Below are positions 38,241-51,409 of a stretch of DNA of 64,000 bases, in pieces. Within the stretch, counting starts at the first letter, position 1. The number at the start of each line of letters is the position of its first letter. The notes under the pieces are model-generated. The model saw only the letters and a list, made by a program, of their open reading frames with translations. It was not told the DNA's origin and ran no database searches. The DNA is from Chiloscyllium plagiosum (taxonomy: Eukaryota), in contig NC_057753.1 of assembly GCF_004010195.1 (NCBI RefSeq), positions 12,761,446 through 12,825,445 of the forward strand. Reading direction: 5' to 3'. A program made the translations under genes and the position numbers.

Positions 38241-39052
38241 TTCCTCAGCCAAGCAAACTTGTTACAGGTCAGTGAATATATAGGTCAATGTGCAGTTTCA
38301 CACCTTAGTCTGCAACATTGACAAAATGAATTATTACTGTCCGCCTGTGGAAGAACTGTTGAGCGTGGATTCTGTTTACCACCTCTCCACAAACCTGGCT
38401 TTCTGTCCACATTAATTCAGCGGCTGGTGGTTGATACCTTTATTTGTAAAATCGTCTACTTCTTCTCTTCAATTATTTGTTTGTTTTCAAGTGTCAGATT
38501 ACTTTACATATTTGGTTTATTTGTTAGAGTCCACATACTTCTTGCGTCAACATGACGTAAACATTTCATTAGGTATATAGCTGATGAAAGTGAAATTACT
38601 GTTAGCCAATACAGGAAGGCATCTGAGTGCGTGGACATTCCAATTTCAGGGGCATGCCGCAACTGCAGTGTGCTTCTTTTCCTGAATTCAAACAAGAACG
38701 CAATAAGGGTCAGCAAATGTTCTACTGTAATAAACAAATACTGTAAGCAGAGTATTTGTCAGGTGTAGTAACAACTGAAATATGGCTAAGGAAGGAGACA
38801 CTAACGGCGACACTATCATTCCCATTGCAAAAATATCTGCTTTAGTGTGCTAAGAACCGAGCGAGCTCAAGATAATGTGAACAAAAACAAGGATGCTGTG
38901 ATTTAACTTTAAACAAAAAAAACTGTTTAAGTGATAAAAGTCAAGATAGATTTACTGCAATGCATACTCAGTTATGGTAGAATGCTGCATTTCACGTTTT
39001 GTCTCATGACCATGACTTCGTGTGACTTCAAGGGCAAGTGCCGAGTGAGACT

Positions 39053-39320
39053 GAGCAGCTCAGTGGTTAGCACTACTGCTGTATAACATTACACACTGAG
39101 TTCGAATCTACCGTAGGGCGACTGTCTGTGTCGAGCTTGAACATTCACTCCATCCATTTGTTGGATTTCTCACATTGGAAAAGCGTACAGGTTAGCTGAA
39201 TTGGGCATGGGATGTGCAAATTAGTAATGAAGGGCTCATCAGGCTATGACGTTTTTCGCAACGTCGGTGTGGCCTTGATGGGCCAAAGAGCGTGCTCTCA
39301 CGTTTCGAGGATTCTAGCGT
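39053..39320 (+). mobile_element. Degraded HE1-like SINE
   Basis: GCTCAGTGGTTAGCACT (A box), GTTCGAATC (B box), GGCGACTGTCTGTGT core, ATGGGCCAAA tail. Confidence 0.75.
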
Positions 39321-42300
39321 AATTCAAATAAATAAATGGTCACGTAGACTACATAATAGAGGTGATTTACAGTAGTACTACAGAGATAGGTTCAAGGAGA
39401 TATTGAAAGGTGCATCTCACGCATTAATAACTGAAGGTAACGTCATAATTCAGGGATCCATTAAAGTGGAGGGAGCAACAGAAAATATAGTGATATGTTG
39501 AGTCAATATTTTGAGTGAGATTTACAGTGAACTTTGCAGCAAAGAGACAGATACCACAAGAATGTGTTGCCCAATTAATGTCACAGGTTCCGAGACGTAC
39601 CAAATGATGGATAAGCAGAATGAGGAGCAGGTATCAAATGAAGATACAGATGGCGTGATGGGGGTTGCAGACAAGAGGAATTAATGTATGATTCAAAGAT
39701 TGCGGTGGAAAAAAACGAGTTCCAATTGCTGGGCTATAGCGTCCGTTCCGTTCTGATTGTCTACATCAGAGGTTTGCTGAGATCTGTGTCTCAGAACGTT
39801 TAGTGAAGTAGCGAGGGTTCCGAAACTTGGCAGGGCAGGATTAGATTTTAGAACATTGATTTTATCAAAGAATATAGCAAAGGCGTTCTTTTGGAAAATA
39901 ATCAACTGCGCGTGACTAGTTGGGGCAGAAAGTGCAAACTTATGTATAAAGTGACAGATAAAACCTGAACTTACAGGGAAAATGAGCAGTCAAAATACAA
40001 AGATTGCAATCAGACCACAGGAAGCATGTCAAAGAAGACAGTCAACATGACAAGTTAAATGGAAATAAGCAAGTATAATCTGATATTTATTACAGAGGCA
40101 TATTACCCACAACTCGTTATTTGAAAACAGATCTATGAATTAACTGATAGCGTGCAATACAGGATCGTGAAAAGATTTACATTTTGTCTCGTTGTTGCAC
40201 TTTCTTAGTCAGATGATTGGATTCAAACAAACTCATCAATGAGTCGCTCTCCCTCAGCTCATGGTGAAGGAGAACAGGAAAAGTAAAAGAGTGGGGTTAT
40301 AGTCGGCTCAATAAAAACCTATTTATATAATCACCGAGTGAATGAGTCACAAATGAATGTCAGACCAACATCTGAAATCTTTTTCCAGCAAGGTGATTGA
40401 AAAGTTGACTCCTGTGAATCTGCATACGAACTCTCCATGGAACCTGCATTACTGAGTAACTTGTTTTGTGTATCAGTTTTGCAATTCATTATGTGTTGGG
40501 TATTGAGCAGAATCTGATTTCAGAATTGGTACAGACAGCAGGTTAATATGACGTCCAGGAGTACATGCTGACGAAAATGAATGACATAATCGAGGATCAG
40601 GTGCAGGTAATTTTCTTTTGGAAGTAAGCCCTTCTTCAGATAATATGAAGGGGAATGATGCAAGCACTTATCACAATTAAAACTTGAAACGGAAATCTAT
40701 TTCAATAATAATGATAAAACTATGACTACAGAGCAACATGAATTGTCCATGCAAACAGTGTTGGAAGAAATGGGAGAGAATTTGTAAACTACACTTGAGC
40801 TGTGCAAGAGATAAACCTACAATCTCCTGATTTGTAATCAGACACGGTATCCACTGGCCCAGGTCTGGCATACTGCCTTGACTCACTTCTTGAAGAGATG
40901 CAGTGTTAACAAGTGCATGTGTGGTCTTTTATTGCATCAAAGGGTTGCCAATCTTTCGAATTCTCCAGCCCATATTTGTGTGGATGCTCGCTGGATATGG
41001 GAATCCGATATAGGGGCATTTGGAACTCTATCGGGTTCAGGTGGTAATCTCATATTTAGGCTCGTAACTCACCGGGTCGTAATGTTGCAACATGAGGGTG
41101 AAAGTTGGCTAAAGAACCCACATTGCTCCTGTGTTCTGTCTCATTGAAGTGACGATACCGGTGCATGAGAGGACGCTTGAGTGTTACCATTTTCGAGCGG
41201 TGGGTTAACGTTTCGGACTCTTTGAAACGCAGCCTTGATATTGGTTCCAATTTGAGGTGCTTCTGAATGTTTTGGAATAAGCGAGTGTGGTACCAATGAA
41301 TTTGGGATCTGATCAGAAGAGCAAGAAACCTCATTGTCTGCCATGGTGATGCATCTGTTGATTTGTTATCCAAGCAGCCAGCAGAGACCCGCCTGTGGAA
41401 CGTTTTTCGAAATAGCCTAAATGAATGCCATTTACATGTTTCCAAGTCAGTGTTGATTGGATGGTTAAAGAAGTGTGTTTATGACCAATGAAAATGGATC
41501 CTATTTCGTGCTCAGCATATCAAATTTAATTGATAATGTTACTTTGCATTACTGACAATAATAATGCTCCTGCAGAATCGCTCAGAATTTACAGGGACAT
41601 AAAACGAACTCAGTTCTACTTTTCCAATCCTTCTTAAGGATCCAGAAATTTGTTTCCACACAGGGAACAACATCTTAGCCAGATAGGGGACATCCTTTTA
41701 ATCGGTGTCCCAATCCCCATTGTAACAAATACATACTTGAGCGTGGAATTTCATTTAAAAAAAAACATGAAGAAGAAAATAACAGAAGACCTGTAAATTC
41801 AATATATTTCATCCCAGAATGTTACAGCCGATTACCTTGATGCTGCTGGCTGGCTTCCCTCTGAGCCAGTGTAGTTGTTTTCACCTGCGATGTGAAAACA
41901 GTACTGATTTTGGTAGAACTGCTTTGTCTCTAAAGGTGCGGCTTTTAAAGTCAGGAATTTGCTTTCCTTTCAAGAGTTTGCACCGTAAAAATATAACCTC
42001 GTTTCCTGAACAGGGATTGAAGCAAGGTAATGGCATTGAAAAAGCAAATTCGTCAGAACTAAAGCATTTGGAAAGGTTTTGGTCAATCTTGTACCTTCCT
42101 GAACGACAAGGGCCCTCTGGAAGCCCAAATCCCCGGATTGGTCTCACTGATTTAGTTTGCAGTGTGCAGAAGTGAGCTCGACAACAGCAGAAAAACAGGG
42201 GGCACTGAAGCAGTTAGGAGGGAAAGAATGTGGAACTGAACTTGGAGTTCAGCCCAGAGATCATTGAGCGTGTGTGAGACAGGGATTTATTAACTTGGAC

Positions 42301-43096
42301 AAACGAGAAATAATCAGACATACTTGAATCATGTGAATTTCAGAGAAGAAAATACTATATTCCTCATGTCAATTTAAGGTTACTGAAAATGTTATTGCAC
42401 TGCTGAGCGCCAACAACGCTGGGTTAATAGAAGTTATCATGCCAAATAATTTTCATTTGTTTGGAGTTCAGTAATCTTAGGAACACGATCAGGAGAATTG
42501 ACAAAAAGGAGAAACACACGTTCGTTTGTACATTGAACTTTAGTACAATCTAGAATTTCCAATGTAAGTTGAAATTTAATCCGTACTAAATTTCAGAATG
42601 GTATTGAAGAGAAACTTGGAAAGTAAAACAATTTGCACAGCTACAACATGTGGTAAAAGATGAGGCTGTCAATCCAATTACACAAATGTTTCAAAGGGCG
42701 GTCACAGACATAATGGTCAAAATAGCTTCAATCTGTTCCATATTAATTCGCAATTCTTGATCTATTATTCATGCCCTCTGTATTTTTTCGTCAGCGATTC
42801 TGTGCTTGGGGGCAATATGGTCACAGACTTGTCAGCATCCAACAGGCCCGGATGCAGCTGTGTAGCGTTGCAAAGCTTCTGTTCTCATATGAGGCATTGA
42901 GTTTGCTCAAAGCCTAATCTTCTGCAGTTCTGCCAACAGCTTCCGCTTGCTGTCATAGATCTGACACGCCCTCCCTTCTCGCTGATACTACAATGATCGC
43001 TGCAGCCGTCCCTGTAGTCATTGAGTGGGACAGCTTTGACCAGGATCTCCGACTAAGGGTTTCACGGAGTGCAGAATTAACTACAAAGATTGTACC

Positions 43097-43576
43097 ATGA
43101 GGTGTATTCTAGCAGCACTCCTCGTAATTCTCTCAATTCTTAGTAAGTATTATTTCCAATAACATTCCATTTCCTCCTACACAGATGTTTGCAATTCAAG
43201 TGTCGTTATTAGGAAAACAACGACAGTAACGAACACGATTTTGGGAATTGCTTTTTCGTTTTTTCTTAGAATGGAGTCAACAAGACACGGCCGAACAGCC
43301 AGACTCTGAAATTGCGGCAAAAGGGGGAGGCAATGTCACACTAAACTGCAGCTTGAAGACAAGCGATACCAACCCTTATGTTTACTGGTACAGTCAACTC
43401 GTAGGGAAACCTCCTCAGTACATGGTTTCTATAGTTGGAGGAAAGATTGTAAAGAGGAATCCTGATGTTCCGAATCGATTTTCTTTCACATTTACTCAAT
43501 CCACGAAGTATACCGACTTAACAATCAACAAGGCCATCATTTCTGACTCCGCCATGTATTTCTGTGCTCTGAAGCC
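43097..43576 (+). CDS. TCR alpha/delta V gene segment, potentially functional; leader 43097-43142, V exon 43270-43576
   Basis: Leader MRCILAALLVILSIL(K), GTAAGT/TAG splice sites, phase 1. V reads WSQQDTAEQPDSEIAAKGGGNVTLNCSLKTSDTNPYVYWYSQLVGKPPQYMVSIVGGKIVKRNPDVPNRFSFTFTQSTKYTDLTINKAIISDSAMYFCALK with Cys23, Trp41 and Cys104. Confidence 0.93.
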
Positions 43577-43614
43577 CACATTAATGCAGTTATGACACAG
43601 CCTGTACAAAAACC
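43577..43614 (+). other. RSS with variant heptamer and 22-nt spacer
   Basis: CACATTA, 22 nt, ACAAAAACC. Confidence 0.88.
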
Positions 43615-45959
43615 CAGTACCAGCTAGAGCTCACCAGCAGGCTCACACGTCTAGAAACAGAAAGGACAATTCAACTCCAGATGAAGTGTTACAGATGAGT
43701 CAAGTAAAGTGAGAAAAAAAGTGTGAACGATAAATAAAAGTTAGCTACTTTTCAGAGTTGTATCAATATGCTAGCTTAGGATGTAAATGTGCTAAATGTG
43801 TTTCCTATCTAACTACTCCAATACATTGCCTTCTCATCCCACCAGTCAGTGAATTTCTACACCGCTAGAGAAATTGCATTTTACTTGTGGACTTCTGATA
43901 ATGTAAAATTTGATGTTTGGCATGTTAGTTCAGAATTAACACCTTTTAATTAGCAGGAAGTACAGACTGACTCGGAAATATGTATTGAAATGCTTCACTC
44001 CTCTCTTCGCAGAATTGCGAGAACAAGCCACAGAGACAGCACACAAATTTAATCTTCAGGTCGTTTCCCAGATGCGGAGGTAAATTTTACTTCTCAACAG
44101 TCACCGAAAATGTTGAATGAATAAAAGATTCACATTTGAAATTAACATTCGCCTGTGTCAGGCATCCACCAATAATCATCAAACATAACTAAAGATGTGG
44201 AAAGTCAATCGTAAAGAAGCTCTGATGAGTAGAATATTCTGTGTAGAGGAAACGTGAATTTTATTACATTTTGTATCTGATAAGTCAAAATATGTTGTCA
44301 TGTAAGTTTCTAAATTTTATGATTAAGCACATTTTTTTAAATAAAAAACTTGCAATCTTTGTCACCATATGCACTACTGCAATGGAACGATACATCAAAT
44401 GATTAATTCAAATTATTTCAATGAACTTCTAGTGACGTCTAACAGCCGTGGATAATCACTGACACCTGCTGTCAGGAAGAGGGGCATCTGTGGATTATCA
44501 GTAGTTTAATCAGTTGTTTAATTTAAATCAATGTGAGATGTTTGGCCAGCAATGCTTTTATATAAATGTTCGCTGGACACATTTTTATTTAACTGAAGGA
44601 TCCAGTCGCGTATTGAAAACAAAAGCATTCAATTTTGGGCCAGAAGGCATCCATACACTTTCCTTCACTTAAAATGAATATATTGATATCTCTCTCTTCT
44701 GATGATATACAATGCAAGAAATAGCTTAATTATGGGATTTTCAGGGTACCATATCCGAAATGGTGATAATTAAATGAAAAGTGTGGAAACAGAAATGCTA
44801 TAAACCACAGCACAACAGGCAACATTACAAAGAGAGGAAGATGACCTTTAAAGTCTAGATAATCCTTCATTATCGCTGGTTAGAAATAAAAAGCATGCCC
44901 CGAAATGCTTGCCAAGACAGGGAAGCAAGTTTGAAATAAACTGGTCTCCCTGAAATGGATTTCGTCAATAGATAAAAAGATGCATCTGATATCCATGTCT
45001 CTACTGGTAGTTGTACACACAGGCACTGGACAACACCTAAACAATAGGCAGATGCATTGTTCTCTATCCCAGCCAATCAGCTGACTGCTTTCTCTATTCT
45101 ACATATCAAAACGTCAACCAAGGACAGAGAGAAATGAATGAAATTGAAATCGGGAATCTCCTGCAGTTCAAACTGATACAGCACATGAAACATGGAATAT
45201 TTTGTGCTTGTGCTTATTCAGGCAAGGCGGAAAACATCAACAATTCGTTTACACAATAATGCTTAAATTGTTTTTTCAAAACGGGTATTTGATGCCCAGT
45301 AGCCACGATGTTTGCCATTGAAACAGATTTCGTTCTAGCATTTTAAACAGTGAATATCTGAGATTTTCTGTCATATTGGTGCTTACCATGCATTAAGGTG
45401 CAGGAGAGCACTAAATGCCTTCATTGCATGTTTGATAGGGAATATCTGTTACAATGATTAAAAATGTTGAAAATGAGTTGAAAATCCTGAGAGTATATTA
45501 TGCTAGATGCAAAATGTATTTCACTGTACTCTTTGTATAGATATACTTGACAGAGACTGATGGCAATACTGCGGTTTTACATTACCCCGTTTCAGTGATT
45601 GTATCCACACAGTTTTCAGTTTTTCATCAGAGCAGCTGAATGTATTCTGATGCAGATAATACAAAGGCCAGAGTAATGATTTTTATCGCACATTGGTAGC
45701 ATCTGTGACTTTGATATATGCATTGAAGCCTTATGTCATCTAAGAGTACGTGTCAAAGCTTGTTTAAAAATGTCTACAGGGACTGTAGCACTAAATGAGC
45801 ACTACCAGTTGTCAGCGGTTAACTACGTGTCAGCTCATTTCAGAACAGAAGGTGTCTTATTTTCGAGTCTATTCGTGGTGGTGACAATCAAGGACAGGGA
45901 TTGTCACATTGCACCTGTGTACTTACTACGGTGTCTCATTGATTTTTCATGACTTTGCA

Positions 45960-46320
45960 ATTTAAAACAAGCTACGACATGAGGCACAGATACAGTGGAT
46001 AGCAATACACATTTTTCCTGGGCAGAAATAGTTATCACGATGGGGGCATAATGTTAAGGTGATTGGAGGAAGGATAAGGGGACATGTCAGAGGTCGGTTC
46101 TTTACACAGCGCGTGGTGGGTACGTAGAATGGACTGCCAGCAGTGGTATTCGACTCATTTACACCGAGATATTTAAGCTTCTCTTGAATAGGCACACACA
46201 TTATCGTGAAAAATGTGTATGCAACTTGGTTGGTTGTTAGAGTAAGATAAAAGTCGGCTCAATATTGAGGGCCGAAGGGCCTTTACTATGCTGCACTATT
46301 TTATGTTCGATGTTCCATGT
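45960..46320 (+). mobile_element. CR1 3' end fragment
   Basis: GGGCATAATGTTAAGGTGATTGGAGGAAG..GAGGGCCGAAGGGCC..TATGTTC tail. Confidence 0.7.
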
Positions 46321-47819
46321 TCAAAATTGAAATTCAGTTTATTTGTAGCTTGTATTGGGAACATAATCAAATGGAGCACAGAATTAAGGCCACATTTTGC
46401 CAATAAGTGCAATCTGTCCATGTCCAGTGTAGCTGTTTACCATCAGACAAGGCATAATTCTTTTTGGAGGGATTTGTTTTTGATAGTGCTCTTCTCACTA
46501 GGCCAGAAGGACTGTGTTCAAAATTCACCACAGTAAACGCAAATGGCCAGAGATTTGTTTCGTGCCACGTTCAAATTGTTTGAAGAAGAAGCAGAAACGG
46601 TGTTCTCCAAAACGTTCCTCGTAAGAAATTTAGATTACGAGTCTACCATGATTACATACTGACATGTGAATACCATACATCGACTTTGATAAGTTCTGTT
46701 TTGGTAAGACTTTGATAAGAACTGAATGGTGCAGATTCCGTGTTGCTGAATTTGTGAGTTAACTGGTTTGGAACTTCTGTCCCTCATTTGCAGTTCTAAG
46801 TACACAGTTTTTGATGGATTGCATTACCTCTGTATCCATGTCAGGATTCCTGTTATGGTCTGATCCATTTTTCATGTAAATGAATTCGTGAATTCGAAAT
46901 AATGTCTAATACGGTCTAAAGTTCTTTTGGAAAGGAGGAAGAAGTAATAGGTATATGGTTGTCCGTCAAATGAAGGGTATGTAGCTTCATTTGATCTTAG
47001 AGTGGGATAAAAAGTCGGTGCAACGTTGTGGGCCGAATGCCTGTACTGTGCTGTAATGTTGTATATTTTACGTTCTGTGCTGTTCTTCGGGCTGTTGTTT
47101 GTTACAAGCCACATGTAACAAGTAAGCCTACCAGTTTTCCATCTCTGTGAAGCCAGGATCAAACTACGACAACAGATGAAGGCACAAGTAGAATAAAGCT
47201 GCAAATACTGGCGGATGATTTCCAAGCTTTTAGCTTTTATCTGATTCTGTGCCTCATGACGCAGTATTACACGGCCATTCCTATCATACTGAGACTGCTT
47301 ATATTGAAGTGGCTGTACCACATTGCTAAAAAAAATGTTCGATTGTGTACCGTTTTCTCCAGATTCCACAACATGGAGCTTGCGTCCCCGATTCTGAACC
47401 ATAGTCCAATTGCACAGATACACTTCAGTCACCACTATGGTCTCCAAAGACTATGTGACTCGACCTACATATAGGCCACCTGTGGGCACAGATGTATAAG
47501 TAAGGAATTGGTTACCAATATCCATCCAAACGAATTTGTACGTGAGCAATTATGTAGAATTTCTAATTTTCCTAGCTGTCATTAACATGCCTATTTCACA
47601 TCAGGAATAACATCAAACACAATATCAAGCGTTTAAAATTTAATCTAAGATTGTCACAAGGAAAATAATCATAAGCAGGCTTTCCCAGAAATTTCGTTTG
47701 GAGCTGCGTAGACTTAATTTTTGTCATTCTTGATTATTATGTCTGATTGTCAAAACGTATATTTTAACCGATTGATCACGAATTAGAGGTCCGTTCCCGT
47801 CCTGGGCAATACGGAATGC

Positions 47820-48145
47820 CAAGGTGCAGTGGGATTATCGCAGTGCTGTTAATTCAGAGACCAAGGCAATGTTCTGGGGGTTACGATCTGAAACCCAGCA
47901 TGGTGGAATTTGAATCTAATAAATATCTGAAATTAGGACTCCAGTGATGACTATGAATACATTACTAATTTAAAGAAAATCCTTCTGAGTCCCGAACGTC
48001 CTTTCGAGAAGGAAACTACTATTCTTATACTGATCTAGATGTGAATTCACAGCCATTTAGTTGATTCTCAACTCCCCTGTGGGCAATTAGAAATGGGCAA
48101 TAAATGCTGTTCATCCAGCGATGCCCACATACCATGAATAAAAGC
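47820..48145 (+). mobile_element. Old SINE-like repeat (paralogous copy at 58480-58815)
   Basis: GGTGGAATTTGAAT, GGGCAATAAATGCTG and CCCACATACCATGAATAAAA blocks. Present at the same position in both duplication units, so it predates the duplication. Confidence 0.6.
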
Positions 48146-49748
48146 TAACAACAAATTTGAATGTGTCTTTGGAGTTTCGGGCAAATGTGTTTATGGCAAG
48201 AAGCGCGAGTTCTATTTCTGATGTGAGTACTAACTCTGAGCAGGATGATTAGGAAATGATAACAGTTCTAAAGTTGTAATGGTAGTGTCTGGATCTCTAA
48301 ACCAGGAAATCCCGCCCAGTTCAAAGATGCTAAATCGCACATCTGAGCATGTTGTTTAGAAAACCAGCATTTCACCTGATTTTAAGGACTTCAATCTGAG
48401 CAGAGAAAGGAAAATGAGGTTATCCATTTTACCAAAGAGCATTAGAAAAATTTTCTGTCTGTTCAAAACAGTGTTTTTTTCATCGACCGATTGCACTTGG
48501 TTGTTTCCAATCAAAGTAACATCACTTTACTTTGATTCCTCTGGCTGACTTCCTTCTGGCCCAGTGTAGTGATTTCACCTCTGAGGTGAAACTATCCCCG
48601 ATTTTGGCCGAGCCGATTTTTCCTCTGATTTTGCTGCTTTTTAAGTCGGGAATTCACATTCGTTTCAAAAGTGTTTTCCAAGAAGAATATATGTACGATT
48701 CCTGAACAGTAAATAAAGCCAGTCAATGGCGGTGAAAGAGCAAATTCGTCAATGCCATAGCACCTGGAAACGCATTGATAAATCTCGCATCTTGTGTTAA
48801 TAACAAAGATCCTGTGAAAGCTTAAAACCCCGTACTAGTCTCATTTTTCTGGTAAGTACTATGCAGGCAGGTCAAATGCAGAACGAAAAGAGGATTCGGA
48901 ATAATGGAGAACATTAGGAGTAGAGGAAAGGAATGTGGAGCTGGGTTTGGAGTTCAGTCCAGAGATCATGGAGCGTTTGTGAGACAGGGATTTACTGACT
49001 TGAAGAAACGAGAGATGATCACACAGATGAATCATGTGAATTTGGGACAAGACAGTATTATTATCCTTACGTCATATTAAGCATAACGAAAACATTGCAA
49101 AGCTGATGAGTGCTAAAAAAAAAAATTTATAGAATCCATCATGCTAAATTGTGGACACATGTTTGAAGTTTAGTGACCTGTGCACAACAAGTGGGAGAAT
49201 TGACAAAGAAGAGAAGAACACGTTCTTTTATACTTCTAACCTTAATATAGTCTAGCATTTCCAATGTAAGCGCGTTTTGATTCAATGCTAAAATTCAGAA
49301 TACTATTGCAAAGACAGATAAAAAGTAATCAAATTTGCAGAGTTATAGAAAGTGGCATTAGCTGAGGTGGTGAAACTAATTATGCGAAAGTTTTAAGGAG
49401 CAGCCACAGACAAAATGGAAGGTTTAGCTTCCATTTGTACCGCAAAATTATACAATCCGTGATCATTTATTCGCTCCATCTCTATTTGTTCGACAGTGAT
49501 GCTGTGCTCAGTGGCAAGATCGTCACACATTACACAACATTCAATAATTCCGGATGCACACTTTCTGTTTTCACACGGAGCAATGTGTTCACTCAGATCC
49601 GAGTCTACTTCAGTTCCACCTTCACCATCCCTGTGATACCACAGAGATTGCTGCAGCGGTAACTATTAGTTATTGAGAGCAACGGTTTTCGCCAGGATCT
49701 CAGACAAACGATGCTGCAGACTGCAGAGTTTCAAACCCAGAGTGCACC

Positions 49749-50261
49749 ACGAGGCAACTTCTGGCACCAACGCACTTTTTCTCGCAATTCTCAGTAAGTC
49801 TTTCTTCCTTGTAATGTGCCATTTCCACCTGCTGTTTCCAGCTCAGATGGTATTATTATAAAAATAATGACGGTAATGAACATGATCATGAATATTACTT
49901 TTCGTTTTTTCCGAGAATGGAGTCAGCAAGACACCATGGAAGAACCAAACTCTGAAATGGCGGAGAATTACGAGGCAATGTCACACTAAGCTACAGCTTA
50001 AAGGCAAGCAACTCCAGCCCCAATGTTTACTGGTACAGTCAGCTCCCAGGGCAGCCTCCACAGTACATGGTTTATATAGGTGGAGGAAAGAATGTAAAGA
50101 GGAACCCTGATTTTCTGGAAAGATTCTCTTTCACATTGACTACATCCACGATGAATAGCGAGTTAATAATCAATAAGGTCATCATCCCCGACTTCACCAA
50201 GTATTTCGGTACTATGAATCCTACACTGATACAGAGTTATGGCACAGCCCCTACAAAACAC
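49749..50261 (+). pseudogene. TCR V pseudogene, duplicate of 43097-43614
   Basis: ATG->ACG at 49749; exon 2 from 49916 (WSQQDTMEEP); -1 frameshift near 49970; Cys23->Tyr; VYWYSQLPGQPPQYMV retained; YFC->YFG; heptamer TACACTG with a 24-nt spacer. Confidence 0.92.
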
Positions 50262-51409
50262 TAGCACTGAGCGTGACAGTTAGAGTTCAGCAGAAGGTTC
50301 TTTCATACCGAGAAAAAGAAAGAACAATACCAGCTTCAGAGGAAGATTCACAGCGGAGCGAATCAAAGTGAGAACAAAAGAGTGCATGATAAATTAACGT
50401 TAGTAACTTTTCAGAGGAATACTGATGTATTAGTTTCGGATGCAAACACACTAATAATTAACCTGTCAGTGGAGGTCTGTTTCCGATTTTGTTTCCCACC
50501 AAACTATTCCAATATATTGCTTTCTCATCCTTCCAGTCAGTGACCTTTGTCCATAGATAGAGAAATTAATTTTACCAGAGAACGGTTCAGAACGTAAGAC
50601 TCGCTCTACAGTATTATAGTTAAGAAATAGAGCCATCCCGCTAACAGAAATGGCAGACTGAGCAGCAAATATGAATGCAATGGCTCAGTGCTCTGTTCAC
50701 AGATTTGAGAGAAGTCATCTGAACAAGGGATAGAAACTGCCAGCTCACAAAGTTATGTTGTAAGATCCGCTCCCAGTTTGATAAGTTTAATATTGTTCTT
50801 TCAACAGTTATGTGAAATGTTGAAAGAATGGAAGATTCACATTTGAAATCCACAAACACTGTTTTGGATATCTTCCCATAATCATCCAGCAGAACCAAAG
50901 TTGTGAAAAAGCAAGTCTAAAGAAGGTCCTAAGAGTGCAACATGCTGTCTACAGGCAACTCGAATTTTATTGCATTCCACATCCGACAAGTTGAAATGTT
51001 TTGCACTATCAGTTTACAGATTTCACGACTAAGCATATATTTTGGAAAAAAAATGTTTAACTATTGTCACATTATCTACTGCTGCAATAGGACGGTGCAT
51101 CAAGTGGTGAATCCAAATTATATCAATGAACATCCAGTGATATCTAACGGAGTTGGATCCTCACAGACGCATGCTGTAGTGAAGGGAGACATCTGCATAT
51201 TATCATTATGTTAATGAGTCCTGTGCCTGTTCAAGTCACGAATTTAAATCAGTGTGCTAGGCTCAGACTGGAAAGCGTTTTCCTTAAAGTTCAACGCATG
51301 CATGTTCCTTTGACCAAAAGGTTCCTGTCACATATTGAAAACAATAGTGTTCAATTTTGCGCCAGAAGGCATCCATCGAGTTCCCTTCGCTTCAAATGCA
51401 ACAACAAGC

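Noticed and set aside
38320-38660. Minus-strand SDAFLYW motif resembling a V C-strand
   Set aside because: No correctly spaced YYC or RSS; the nearest candidate Cys is ~290 nt away.
10195-49996. Recurrent Cys23->Tyr in three V pseudogenes as a sign of germline AID activity
   Set aside because: A single G>A transition in a Cys codon is an ordinary mutation in old pseudogenes; three cases carry no statistical weight.
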